From: Syntrophaceae bacterium UBA2280
GTDB lineage: Bacteria > Desulfobacterota > Syntrophia > Syntrophales > Smithellaceae
Assembly: GCA_002347685.1 (NCBI GenBank)
Contig: DDWS01000001.1
Location: 18,641 to 82,640 of the forward strand
Direction of reading: 5' to 3'
Length of the DNA stretch: 64,000 nt
Below, in pieces: positions 54,155 through 63,139 of this stretch. The position numbers and the translations under genes were made by a program. Position 1 is the stretch's first letter. Each line of letters begins with the position of its first letter. The notes beneath the pieces are model-generated. The model did not search any database and had not been told where the DNA came from. It worked only from the letters and a program-made list of their open reading frames with translations.

Positions 54155-55415
54155 GTTCCACTCCCATCATCTTTGTCTGCATTTCGAGGGACACGGCGTT
54201 TGCTTTTTCACGGATGTGGCGCTTAGTGTACGTAGCTGCTGTCTGCGATGTCGAACACCAGCCCATGATATATGCACGAGTCTTCTTTTCCGTCTCTTCC
54301 GATTCCTTATGTTTGTCCATTTCTTCCGAAAATCGATCATTCCATGTGTGCCGAAGGATGTGGGGGTATACCTTAGGTAATTCCGGACATTTCATGCTGA
54401 GAATTCTAAAAATCTTGTTCAATGATGAAATAGACAGAGGAGCACCAGAATCTGTGGAAACAAAAAGGAAATCATGCTTTTTTGCGCCGAGAAATGCTGC
54501 CCGATGACGCAGGATGTAAGTTTCAATCATATCCCTCAACCCAGAGGAAAACGAGATTTTACGTGCTTTGGTTTTGGTATTCGGTTGATTATGGCGTGGA
54601 TCCTTGGGATCATCGGCACGCCTTACGATAATAACTGTATTTCCCCGAAAGTCGATATTAGGAATCCTGATACCCAGCAATTCCCCCCTGCGCAAACCAA
54701 GGTAATATAGCATATTTACGATCAGAACGTTTCGATGCTTCGAATGTTCCTCCTTCCACGGATTATTCTTCGAACTCGAATCAACTACCTGTAGTAATAT
54801 TCCCCGGCTTTCCGAATCCAACCCTTCTCGATCGCCAAGGGATCCCCGAGAGCATTCAGGGATTCTAACGTTAATAGCCTCTATCATCATCTGGCGCGCC
54901 GCATAGAGAGAATCGTAATGGCTGCTTTGTTTATTTTGTCGCGATAATTGCACCAGTGAAAACCAGGAAAGAAAGTCGCGGATAGCACGAAGTCGGTTAG
55001 CCGCCGTCGCCGGCAAAACATCCTGCATCCTCTTTGGACGCGGTCTCGCTCTATACTTCTCACAAGCCATAACTTTCAACGGCAACACCTTGGCACCATT
55101 AACGTGCCGACATGGCATCTCAGCCATTGGCAGTCGGCAAAAACATATCAATGACTCTATCTCAACCAACGTCAGCAGCTCTCCATGTCGCCCTCTTTCG
55201 CGAATATTTATGTCACGCAAGTCAAGCCACAGGTAAAGAATCATTATACCCCGCAAAGAACTTTCAATCGTGTTCGTTGCAAGATTGCTCATTCGTAATT
55301 GTGTGAGGGAATAGACAGTAGGTTCAAATAATGGTATCCTCTTTGAATCCAAAAGCATCGGCAGGCGCTCCCCTGACCGCAACACAACCATTTTGATACG
55401 ATATTGATGTTCCAT
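54144..55415 (-). CDS. Tyrosine recombinase (423 aa; first of the trio)
   Basis: GLRRGELLGIRIPNIDF (Arg), HILRHTW (H-x-x-R), AATYTKRH (Tyr). Confidence 0.85.
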   Translation of the reverse strand: MEHQYRIKMVVLRSGERLPMLLDSKRIPLFEPTVYSLTQLRMSNLATNTIESSLRGIMILYLWLDLRDINIRERGRHGELLTLVEIESLICFCRLPMAEMPCRHVNGAKVLPLKVMACEKYRARPRPKRMQDVLPATAANRLRAIRDFLSWFSLVQLSRQNKQSSHYDSLYAARQMMIEAINVRIPECSRGSLGDREGLDSESRGILLQVVDSSSKNNPWKEEHSKHRNVLIVNMLYYLGLRRGELLGIRIPNIDFRGNTVIIVRRADDPKDPRHNQPNTKTKARKISFSSGLRDMIETYILRHRAAFLGAKKHDFLFVSTDSGAPLSISSLNKIFRILSMKCPELPKVYPHILRHTWNDRFSEEMDKHKESEETEKKTRAYIMGWCSTSQTAATYTKRHIREKANAVSLEMQTKMMGVEHDK

Positions 55416-55503
55416 GTCTTTATATACCTTTCACGTGCCATCTGTATGTACTGGCCAGTCTTGCGATAATGTTTTCCTCAAATGTTCATTTTCAAAAAAG
55501 TCT

Positions 55504-55546
55504 AAAAAAAAGGACGCAAGATAGCACTAAGTGCTATTTGGCGTCC
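55504..55546 (-). terminator. Strong hairpin plus U-run on the minus strand, upstream of the recombinase operon
   Basis: GGACGC-AAG-ATAGCAC-TAA-GTGCTAT-TTG-GCGTCC, followed on the minus strand by eight T. It may insulate the operon from ssb read-through. Confidence 0.6.
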
Positions 55547-55791
55547 TCCTTAAATAGTCCACAAATCTTATATAGCCGAGTTCTTCTCCTCTCAATTTAT
55601 GAGAGAACCCTCAACTTTTGGAACATATTAACACAGATATTAATTGTTAACAATAAAAATTTTAAATCAATAGTTTACAAATTATTTTTGGTATTCATTA
55701 GGCGGCTAACAACGACACATATTTCAAACATGTAAACAATAAAAAACCTTGAAAGATTAAAATTATTCAGGCTTTTGTTAACAAAATGCTC

Positions 55792-55811
55792 CTAGGTACA
55801 TTTCAAAATGG
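55792..55811. repeat. Right flanking direct repeat of the island, overlapping the ssb stop codon
   Basis: CTAGGTACATTTCAAAATGG matches 26592-26611 at 17 of 20 positions. It covers the last two ssb codons, the stop and 11 nt beyond. Confidence 0.7.
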
Positions 55812-56213
55812 AACATCCTCTGCGGGCGCATCGCCGGGAATGTACCCGGTGCCGGAAGCTGCCTCGTCAGATTTGTTTTGTCCTTTTGAATCCAGCATCT
55901 GCATGTTATTGGCGACAATTTCCGTTGTATAACGTTTGACGCCCTCCTTGTCATCCCAGGCACGGGTTTGAATGCGCCCTTCAATATAAATCAGTTTCCC
56001 CTTCACCAGATAGTTGCCGCATATTTCGGCCAGCTTTCCGAACGTCACAATCCGGTGCCATTCCGTTTTCTGGACTTTTTCTCCGTTCTTATCTTTCCAC
56101 GTTTCATCAGTGGCCATATTAAAGTTGGTCACCATGGTTCCGTCAGGTGTGTAACGGACTTCCGGATCCTTGCCCAACCTGCCAACCAAGATCGCCTTGT
56201 TGATCATTTTCAT
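55803..56213 (-). CDS. ssb: Single-stranded DNA-binding protein
   Basis: [24 protein letters not shown] fold, a Gly/Ala/Asp-rich tail and a C-terminal DVPF tip. Start at 56213 or 56207 (track start 56267 is a TTG). Confidence 0.92.
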   Translation of the reverse strand: MKMINKAILVGRLGKDPEVRYTPDGTMVTNFNMATDETWKDKNGEKVQKTEWHRIVTFGKLAEICGNYLVKGKLIYIEGRIQTRAWDDKEGVKRYTTEIVANNMQMLDSKGQNKSDEAASGTGYIPGDAPAEDVPF

Positions 56214-56371
56214 CCCCCCCGTAAAATAAAGTCCGGCGATCATACATAACAAAGGCTGTGGTGGCAAACAGTATTTTCAGGCCCGCCGGAGACAGGGTGG
56301 ATATTGACAATGTGACTTGACTATTTACCGAAAAAAATATATCGGGATTGTCTTTAGAAAAGCGGGGAAAT

Positions 56372-57853
56372 ATGGAAGACAATGACCTGTTAAAGGTCCG
56401 GCTGGAAAAAATCGCGGCCCTGAAAGCCGCCGGGGTAAATTTATACCCCAACGACGTCAAACCACGGCATACCACGGCGGATATTACGTCCCGCTTTGGA
56501 GACACCGGCGGTGATGCGCTTGCGGCGTTGACCGATACGTTCTCTATTGCCGGTCGTCTGATGGCTGTGCGAAATTTCGGCAAGGCGGCCTTTGTGAAAA
56601 TTCAGGACCGCAAAGGGCGGATGCAGTGTTATGTCGCCAAAAACATCCTGAGCGATGAAGACTTTTCCCTGTTTAAGAAACTCGACATCGGCGATGTCGT
56701 TTATGTTTCCGGAAAGCTTTTTCGTACCAAAACCGATGAACTGACAATTGAAACCAATGCGCTCCGACTCGTGGCCAAATCAATTCACCCGCTTCCGGAA
56801 AAGTGGCACGGCCTGACGGACATCGAAACCCGGTACCGCCAGCGGCATCTGGATTTAATCTCCAATGAGAACGTGAAGGATATTTTTTACCGGCGCAGCC
56901 TGATCATTAAACTCATGCGGCAGTTTATGGACCGGAACGATTTTCTTGAAGTGGAAACACCCATGATGCAGTCACGTGCCGGTGGTGCCGTAGCCCGTCC
57001 GTTCAAGACTCATCATAACGCGCTGGATCAGGACCTCTACCTCAGGATCGCCCCGGAGCTTTATTTAAAGCGTCTGGTCACCGGAGGGATGGAAAGGGTC
57101 TATGAAATCAACCGGAACTTCCGGAATGAAGGGATTTCCACCTTCCACAATCCAGAGTTCACGATGATGGAATTTTACCAAAGTTATGCAACTTACGAAG
57201 ACTTAATGTCCTTCACGGAAGAACTCTTCGTGTTCATTGCAAAAAATCTGTTCGACGGACACAAATTCACCTATCAGGGAACCGAAATCGATCTCGCACC
57301 GCCCTGGCGCCGCCTCCCGGTCAGGGACGCGCTCATTGAAATTGCCGGCATGACTCCGCAGGATCTGGACGATCACGAAAAAACCATGGCGTTTGCAAAA
57401 AGAGTCGGCTGTGACATCAAACCCTCCGATCCTCCGGGGAAGATTCACATGGCCATTTTTGACGAAACGGTGGAAAAGACGCTCATTCAACCCACTTTTG
57501 TCACGGATTATCCTGTGGCCGTGTCGCCTCTGTCACGCCGGTCCGACACCAACCCGGACCTGGTGGATCGCTTCGAACTCTATATTTGCGGCCGGGAAAT
57601 CGCCAACGCCTTTTCCGAATTAAACGACCCCGCTGATCAGCGCGAGCGTTTTATCCAGCAGCTCAAAGAAAGAGAAGCGGGCGATGACGAGGCTCACGAA
57701 ATGGATGAAGACTACATCCGCGCACTGGAATACGGCATGCCGCCCACGGCCGGTGAAGGAATCGGCATCGACCGGTTGGTCATGCTGTTTACCGATTCCG
57801 CCTCCATTCGCGACGTCATTTTATTTCCGCTGCTTCGAACCAGGCAGGAATGA
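56372..57853 (+). CDS. lysS: Lysine--tRNA ligase (class II)
   Basis: OB-fold N-domain and class II motifs (FRNEGISTFHNPEFTMMEFY, GIGIDRLVM). ATG at 56372 with SD (track TTG start at 56348). Confidence 0.95.
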   Translation: MEDNDLLKVRLEKIAALKAAGVNLYPNDVKPRHTTADITSRFGDTGGDALAALTDTFSIAGRLMAVRNFGKAAFVKIQDRKGRMQCYVAKNILSDEDFSLFKKLDIGDVVYVSGKLFRTKTDELTIETNALRLVAKSIHPLPEKWHGLTDIETRYRQRHLDLISNENVKDIFYRRSLIIKLMRQFMDRNDFLEVETPMMQSRAGGAVARPFKTHHNALDQDLYLRIAPELYLKRLVTGGMERVYEINRNFRNEGISTFHNPEFTMMEFYQSYATYEDLMSFTEELFVFIAKNLFDGHKFTYQGTEIDLAPPWRRLPVRDALIEIAGMTPQDLDDHEKTMAFAKRVGCDIKPSDPPGKIHMAIFDETVEKTLIQPTFVTDYPVAVSPLSRRSDTNPDLVDRFELYICGREIANAFSELNDPADQRERFIQQLKEREAGDDEAHEMDEDYIRALEYGMPPTAGEGIGIDRLVMLFTDSASIRDVILFPLLRTRQE

Positions 57854-57915
57854 TCCGGAAGCAATTCGCAAACCATCGCACCCCGGGCACATGTGCCCGA
57901 ACAAGGATGATTTGA

Positions 57916-59202
57916 ATGTCCTACGAGTTTTTTATCAGCAAACGGTACATGAGAGCAAAACGCAAACAGGTTTTTGTCTCCATCATTACCCTAATGTCCA
58001 TCCTCGGCATCACACTGGGCGTAGCCGCGCTCATCATTGTACTGGCCGTGATGAACGGCTTTGAGGAGGACCTGCGCACAAAAATCCTGGGCATGCGGTC
58101 ACACATCGAAGTCACGACAGACATGACCGGTCCGATGAAAAATTACCAAAATGTCCGTGAACAGATTGAACAAATCCCGGGTGTGGTGGCCACCACGCCC
58201 TTTATTTACACACAGGCGATGATGCGAAGCGGATCGGGCGTTACCGGCCTCATCATCCGCGGCCTGGATACCCAAAGCGCACTGAAGGTGTTCAACCTGG
58301 GGAAAATCCGCGAGGGCGCACTGGAGCACATAAACGGCCTGCCTCCGGACATTCAAAAAAAGTCTGCGGATGATCACGCAGGACTCGACGGCATGATGAT
58401 CGGCAGGGAAATGGCCCGCAACCTAGGCATTTCGCTTTACGACTCCATTACAATCATCTCGGCTTCCGGCGGCATTGCCACCCCCATGGGTATGGTTCCC
58501 CGCATGCAACAATTCCTGGTTGTCGGCATCTTTGAATCCGGCTTTTATGAATACGATTCATCGCTGGCTTTTATTTCTCTCGCTGCCAGTCAAAAATTCA
58601 CTCAGATGGGCGACGCGGTTACCGGGATCGACATCGTCGTCAACGATATCTATAAGGCGGACGTCATCAGCCGCAAAATACAAAGCCAGCTGGGCTTCCC
58701 GTTCTGGACACGCGACTGGATGCAGATGAATAAAAACCTGTTTTCGGCCCTGAAGCTGGAGAAGGTTGTCATGTTCATTATTCTGAGCCTGATTGTTCTG
58801 GTTGCCGCATTCAACATCATTTCCGCGCTCATCATGACCGTCATGGAAAAAAACAAGGATATCGCGATTCTAAAAACCATGGGCGCCACCTCCGCGTCGA
58901 TCATGAAAGTTTTTATTTATCAGGGGCTGATTGTCGGTATGATCGGAACCTTTTTCGGCTGCGCAGGCGGTCTGGCCGTCGCTTTGAATTTACAAAAAAT
59001 CACGCTTTTCGTGGAAAAAATCTTTAACTTTCAAATTTTACCCGGTGATGTCTACTACTTAAGCGAGCTGCCCTCCAAGGTCAATTACTCGGATGTCGGC
59101 ATCATTGTGCTGGGAACACTAGTCATTTGTTTCCTGTCGACCATCTATCCGTCGCTGAGAGCATCCAAACTGGATCCGGCGGAAACACTCCGATATGAAT
59201 AA
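57916..59202 (+). CDS. Lipoprotein-releasing system permease (LolC/LolE family)
   Basis: MacB-like periplasmic domain plus FtsX domain. Followed by lolD. Confidence 0.88.
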   Translation: MSYEFFISKRYMRAKRKQVFVSIITLMSILGITLGVAALIIVLAVMNGFEEDLRTKILGMRSHIEVTTDMTGPMKNYQNVREQIEQIPGVVATTPFIYTQAMMRSGSGVTGLIIRGLDTQSALKVFNLGKIREGALEHINGLPPDIQKKSADDHAGLDGMMIGREMARNLGISLYDSITIISASGGIATPMGMVPRMQQFLVVGIFESGFYEYDSSLAFISLAASQKFTQMGDAVTGIDIVVNDIYKADVISRKIQSQLGFPFWTRDWMQMNKNLFSALKLEKVVMFIILSLIVLVAAFNIISALIMTVMEKNKDIAILKTMGATSASIMKVFIYQGLIVGMIGTFFGCAGGLAVALNLQKITLFVEKIFNFQILPGDVYYLSELPSKVNYSDVGIIVLGTLVICFLSTIYPSLRASKLDPAETLRYE

Positions 59203-59221
59203 GGATTGCAAATAGGAAGCC

Positions 59222-59893
59222 ATGATCGTACTGGACAATTTATCCAAAACGTTTATAAAAGACGGAAATCGCATCGAGGTTCTCAAAAACCTGAACCTCG
59301 AGATCAAGAAGGGAGAATCGGTGGCGATTCTCGGTGTTTCCGGAGCAGGCAAAAGCACACTCATTCATATTCTGGGAACGCTGGATCATCCGACATCCGG
59401 GAGGTTTTCAATCAACGGACAGAACATCTTTGAGTGGAAAGAGGAGGAAATCTCCCGTTTCCGCAATACGCACATCGGTTTTATTTTTCAGTTCAACAAT
59501 CTGCTATTGGAATTCAACGCACTGGAAAATACGATGATGCCCGCCCTGATATCCGGACTGCCGAAAAAACAGGCCGCTCAAAGGGCACGGGAACTGCTGG
59601 AGGACGTGGGCCTGGAGCACCGGCTGAATCACAAACCCGGAGAGCTCTCCGGTGGAGAGCAGCAGCGCGTGGCCATCGCCCGCGCCTTGATCATGGAACC
59701 GGATATTCTGCTGGCGGACGAACCGACGGGAAACCTTGACACGGAAACGGGAAAAAAGATAGAAGACATCCTGGTGAACCTGAATGCAACAAAAACGATC
59801 ACGCTGGTTGTGGTAACCCATAATCAAATGCTGGCGGAAAGGATGAGCCGCAGAATCGGTCTGCGCGACGGGATAATACATGATTTTAACTAA
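59222..59893 (+). CDS. lolD: Lipoprotein-releasing system ATP-binding protein
   Basis: [36 protein letters not shown]. Confidence 0.9.
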   Translation: MIVLDNLSKTFIKDGNRIEVLKNLNLEIKKGESVAILGVSGAGKSTLIHILGTLDHPTSGRFSINGQNIFEWKEEEISRFRNTHIGFIFQFNNLLLEFNALENTMMPALISGLPKKQAAQRARELLEDVGLEHRLNHKPGELSGGEQQRVAIARALIMEPDILLADEPTGNLDTETGKKIEDILVNLNATKTITLVVVTHNQMLAERMSRRIGLRDGIIHDFN

Positions 59894-62534
59894 ACATTCG
59901 CTACGTGCCCTGATTATCATTCTCGGGGTGGTTCTCGGCTTTACAGGCGGGGTGGCCGAAGCGCAGACGGTCAAAAAGATCAGTGTGCTGCCTTTCGAGG
60001 TTCATAGCAGAGATGACAGTGCAAATCTCCAGGAATCCCTCTTCCTTCAGCTCACCGCTGAACTCAAAAAAGAGAGGCAACTCGATTGGGTCGATCCCGG
60101 GCCTTATCGCCTGAGCAAAACGCCGGCCGATCACAGCCAGGCAATTGCGGCGGGAAAAACGCTGGGCGCAGACTATGTCTTGACCGGATTTGTGACCCAG
60201 TTCGGTGAAACCATCAATATTGACGCACGCCTGACCGATGTTGCGTCCGGAACCGAACTTCTACCCATCTCCGTCTCAGGAAAAGCCGCAGTAGGCATTG
60301 GAGAACTGGCGGCACAGCTGAGGGTGGCGATCCTGAGCCGCACCGGACTGGTGCACACCATAGCCCGGGTGGACATCGCCGGCAACCTTAAAATCGGCGC
60401 GGCCGCCATTACCGAACAGATCAAAAGCAGGCCCGGCAGAATCTTCAGCGAAGCGGACGTGACCGCTGATATCCGGACGATCTTTAAAATGGGATTTTTT
60501 CTGGATGTGGCTGCATCGGTGTCCACAGAGGCTGCGGGAAAAGTCATCACCTTCACCGTGCAGGAAAAGGGTTTGGTTTCGGAAATACGCATCATCGGCA
60601 ACAAGGCATTGAGCAAGGACGACATTCTCGATGCCATGACGGTGAAAACCCGCCAAAGCGTCCATCCGGAGCAGCTCAAAGCGGATATTCAGAAAATCAA
60701 AGCCCTCTATGACACCAAGGGTTATTATAATGCCGAAATCCGGGAAAAAATCGAACCGGACGGCGAAAAGGATTCCCGGGTGGTTCTGGAAATCAGGGAG
60801 AACGACCGGGTATACATCCGATCCATCACCTTTGAAGGCATCGAGGCCTACTCGAACAAAGAACTGGTCAACATGATGAGCACCAGCGAACGGACACTGC
60901 TGGGTTTCATTACCGACACCGGCGTGCTGCAACGCGACCAGCTCAGGCAGGACGTTCAGAAAATCAACGCTTTTTACTTCAACAACGGATTCATCAACGC
61001 GCAAATCGGAGAACCACAGGTCACCTATGACGCCAAAGGTATCTACATCCGGATTCCCGTCCGGGAAGGCAAAAGATTCAAAGTCGACAAGATCGGCATC
61101 TCCGGAGATGATCTGAAAATAACGCGGACGGAATTGCTGAATAAGCTTAAAACCAAATCCGGCAATCACTACGACCGCGAAGCCATCATGAAGGATATGG
61201 AGCTTTTGACCCAGACCGCCCAGGACGAAGGCTACGCCAATGTCGACATCAATCCGCGCATCCTCACGCGGGAACAAGAGCAACTCGTCGACGTCGATTT
61301 CCAGATTCGCAAGGGACAGCCGATTCACATCTCGCGTATCGGCATTTCCGGCAATACCATCACGCGCGACAAGGTGATCCGCCGTCAGCTGTCCATCGTT
61401 GAAGGCGATTTGTATTCCAGCACAAAACTGAAAAACAGCTATGAGCGATTAAACCAGCTGCGCTATTTCGAGGAAATTGACATTCAGACCGAAAAGGCGA
61501 CAGATGACAAAATGGATGTCAATATTCGCGTCAAAGAGAAAAACACGGGCATGTTTATGGTTGGCGCAGGATACAGCGCCGTCGACCAGGCGATCATTAT
61601 GGCCCAGGTCGTCCAGCAGAACTTCCTCGGTTACGGACAAATCCTGAGCCTGAAGGCTTCTTTGGGTTCCAAGACCAACAATTACGAGCTGTCCTTCACC
61701 GAACCGGCGCTTTTTGATCTGGCGCTGTGGTCCAAAGCGGACATCTGGAAATATAAGAAGGAATACGATTCCTATACGCTCGACACCCGCGGCGGCGGGC
61801 TGACTTTGGGCTACCCGCTGGTGGAGAGAATTACCGCCTATGCCGGCTACCGTTTGAGCATCGACAACATCCAGGATATCAATCAGCTGACAGCGACACA
61901 ATACATCAAGGATCAGGCCGGCGAACGGACGATAAGCTCTCTCACATTCACCCTGATGCGCGACACGACCAACGATGCCATGTTCCCCTCGAAGGGCAGC
62001 AAGGCCAGCCTGTCCGTTCAGCAGGCGGGCGGACCACTGGGGGGCAACTCTCATTTTACAAAATACATCACCCACGCCGCCGCGTACTATCCCCTGTTTT
62101 GGGACGTGGTCTTCTGCGCGAAGGGCAGGCTCGGCTTCCTTCAGAACAATGACGATGATGATTCGAAGATTCCCATCTACGAGCGGTTTGTTCTGGGCGG
62201 CATCACCTCACTGCGCGGTCTGCGATATGTCGGCCCCACCAATCCCGGTACGAGCGACGTGATCGGCGGCACGCGGATGCTGAATTTCTCTCTGGAGCTG
62301 GTTTTTCCCTTTATCCGGGACGCGGGCATGAAAGGCGTTGTCTTTTATGACGCGGGCAATTCCTGGAACAGCGGCATTCATCTCAACGATCTGAGACAAA
62401 CCGCCGGGGTCGGCCTGCGATGGTATTCGCCCATCGGACCGCTGCGCCTGGAGTACGGCTGGGTGCTGGATCGCGGAAATCTTCAAGACGACGCAACCGG
62501 ACGGTGGGAATTTACCATCGGCATGTTTATGTAA
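59880..62534 (+). CDS. bamA: Outer membrane protein assembly factor BamA with an extra N-terminal domain
   Basis: POTRA repeats from about residue 163 and a C-terminal 16-strand barrel ending ...WEFTIGMFM. 884 aa. Confidence 0.9.
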   Translation: MILTKHSLRALIIILGVVLGFTGGVAEAQTVKKISVLPFEVHSRDDSANLQESLFLQLTAELKKERQLDWVDPGPYRLSKTPADHSQAIAAGKTLGADYVLTGFVTQFGETINIDARLTDVASGTELLPISVSGKAAVGIGELAAQLRVAILSRTGLVHTIARVDIAGNLKIGAAAITEQIKSRPGRIFSEADVTADIRTIFKMGFFLDVAASVSTEAAGKVITFTVQEKGLVSEIRIIGNKALSKDDILDAMTVKTRQSVHPEQLKADIQKIKALYDTKGYYNAEIREKIEPDGEKDSRVVLEIRENDRVYIRSITFEGIEAYSNKELVNMMSTSERTLLGFITDTGVLQRDQLRQDVQKINAFYFNNGFINAQIGEPQVTYDAKGIYIRIPVREGKRFKVDKIGISGDDLKITRTELLNKLKTKSGNHYDREAIMKDMELLTQTAQDEGYANVDINPRILTREQEQLVDVDFQIRKGQPIHISRIGISGNTITRDKVIRRQLSIVEGDLYSSTKLKNSYERLNQLRYFEEIDIQTEKATDDKMDVNIRVKEKNTGMFMVGAGYSAVDQAIIMAQVVQQNFLGYGQILSLKASLGSKTNNYELSFTEPALFDLALWSKADIWKYKKEYDSYTLDTRGGGLTLGYPLVERITAYAGYRLSIDNIQDINQLTATQYIKDQAGERTISSLTFTLMRDTTNDAMFPSKGSKASLSVQQAGGPLGGNSHFTKYITHAAAYYPLFWDVVFCAKGRLGFLQNNDDDDSKIPIYERFVLGGITSLRGLRYVGPTNPGTSDVIGGTRMLNFSLELVFPFIRDAGMKGVVFYDAGNSWNSGIHLNDLRQTAGVGLRWYSPIGPLRLEYGWVLDRGNLQDDATGRWEFTIGMFM

Positions 62535-62595
62535 TGCAGGGATGAAGCAACCCTTCATCGAACGGATTCACAAAACCAATAAAAGGAGACATGAA

Positions 62596-63126
62596 ATGAA
62601 GAAGAATATCGGTTTGATCGCAGGATGTATCCTGCTTGTGCTTGCGTACAGCAGCGTATCTTTCGCCCAGGATAAAATCGGGTTTATCAACGTCCGTGAA
62701 ATTATCAGCAATTCGGCCGCCGGCAAAAAAGCCGCGGATGAATTCAAAAAAATCGCCGACAAGAAGCAGGCTGAAATCACCGCGGCGGAAAAAGAGCTCC
62801 AGACCCTGAAAGATGATCTCGAAAAGAAAAGCTCAATTATGACGGCGCAGGCCCGCAGGGAAAAGGAAACGGATTACCAGAAGAAAGTACGCGACTACCA
62901 GTTGCTCGTCAATGACGCGCGCGAGGATTTGGGAAAACGCGACCAGGAAATGTTCGAAAAACTCATTCCGGAGATCTGGAAGGCGGTGGCTGTCGTCGCG
63001 GAAAAAGAAAAGCTTACCTTAGTGATCGATATCGCCACCCTGCCGGTTCCCTACTATGATAAAACCAGGGAAATCAGCAAAAAAGTCATCGAGGAATTCA
63101 ACAAGCTCTCAAGCGCCAAGAAATAG
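62596..63126 (+). CDS. skp: Periplasmic chaperone Skp/OmpH
   Basis: Signal peptide MKKNIGLIAGCILLVLAYSSVSFA, then a coiled-coil rich in K/E/Q. AAGGAG lies 7 nt upstream of the ATG at 62596. Confidence 0.88.
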   Translation: MKKNIGLIAGCILLVLAYSSVSFAQDKIGFINVREIISNSAAGKKAADEFKKIADKKQAEITAAEKELQTLKDDLEKKSSIMTAQARREKETDYQKKVRDYQLLVNDAREDLGKRDQEMFEKLIPEIWKAVAVVAEKEKLTLVIDIATLPVPYYDKTREISKKVIEEFNKLSSAKK

Positions 63127-63139
63127 CGGACCGGCCGCG

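Larger units (their letters stand above)
26592..55811 (-). mobile_element. About 29.2-kb genomic island of GInt/Tn554-like organisation, integrated at the 3' end of ssb
   Basis: Bounded by 20-bp imperfect direct repeats. One end has three tyrosine recombinase genes plus a small gene (55415 to 50148); the other end is an AT-rich gene-free tail (26612 to about 26800). The interior has mixed GC content and accessory/defence genes nearly all on the minus strand. Confidence 0.75.

Noticed and set aside
55421-55430. TATATACCTT next to the first recombinase start, resembling ATGTATACCTG at 26614-26624, as possible island-end repeats
   Set aside because: It is only an 8-of-10 match. The 20-bp, 17-of-20 repeat that coincides with the ssb stop and the composition boundary supersedes it.
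57884-57899. Palindrome CGGGCACATGTGCCCG after lysS as a terminator
   Set aside because: No U-run follows it, and lolC/E starts 17 nt later. It is more likely a structural or regulatory palindrome, or chance.
60276-61328. 350-aa minus-strand ORF inside bamA, plus 61449..62075 and 62208..62558
   Set aside because: These are antisense to a full-length BamA with clear POTRA and barrel features, and they contain no recognisable motifs.
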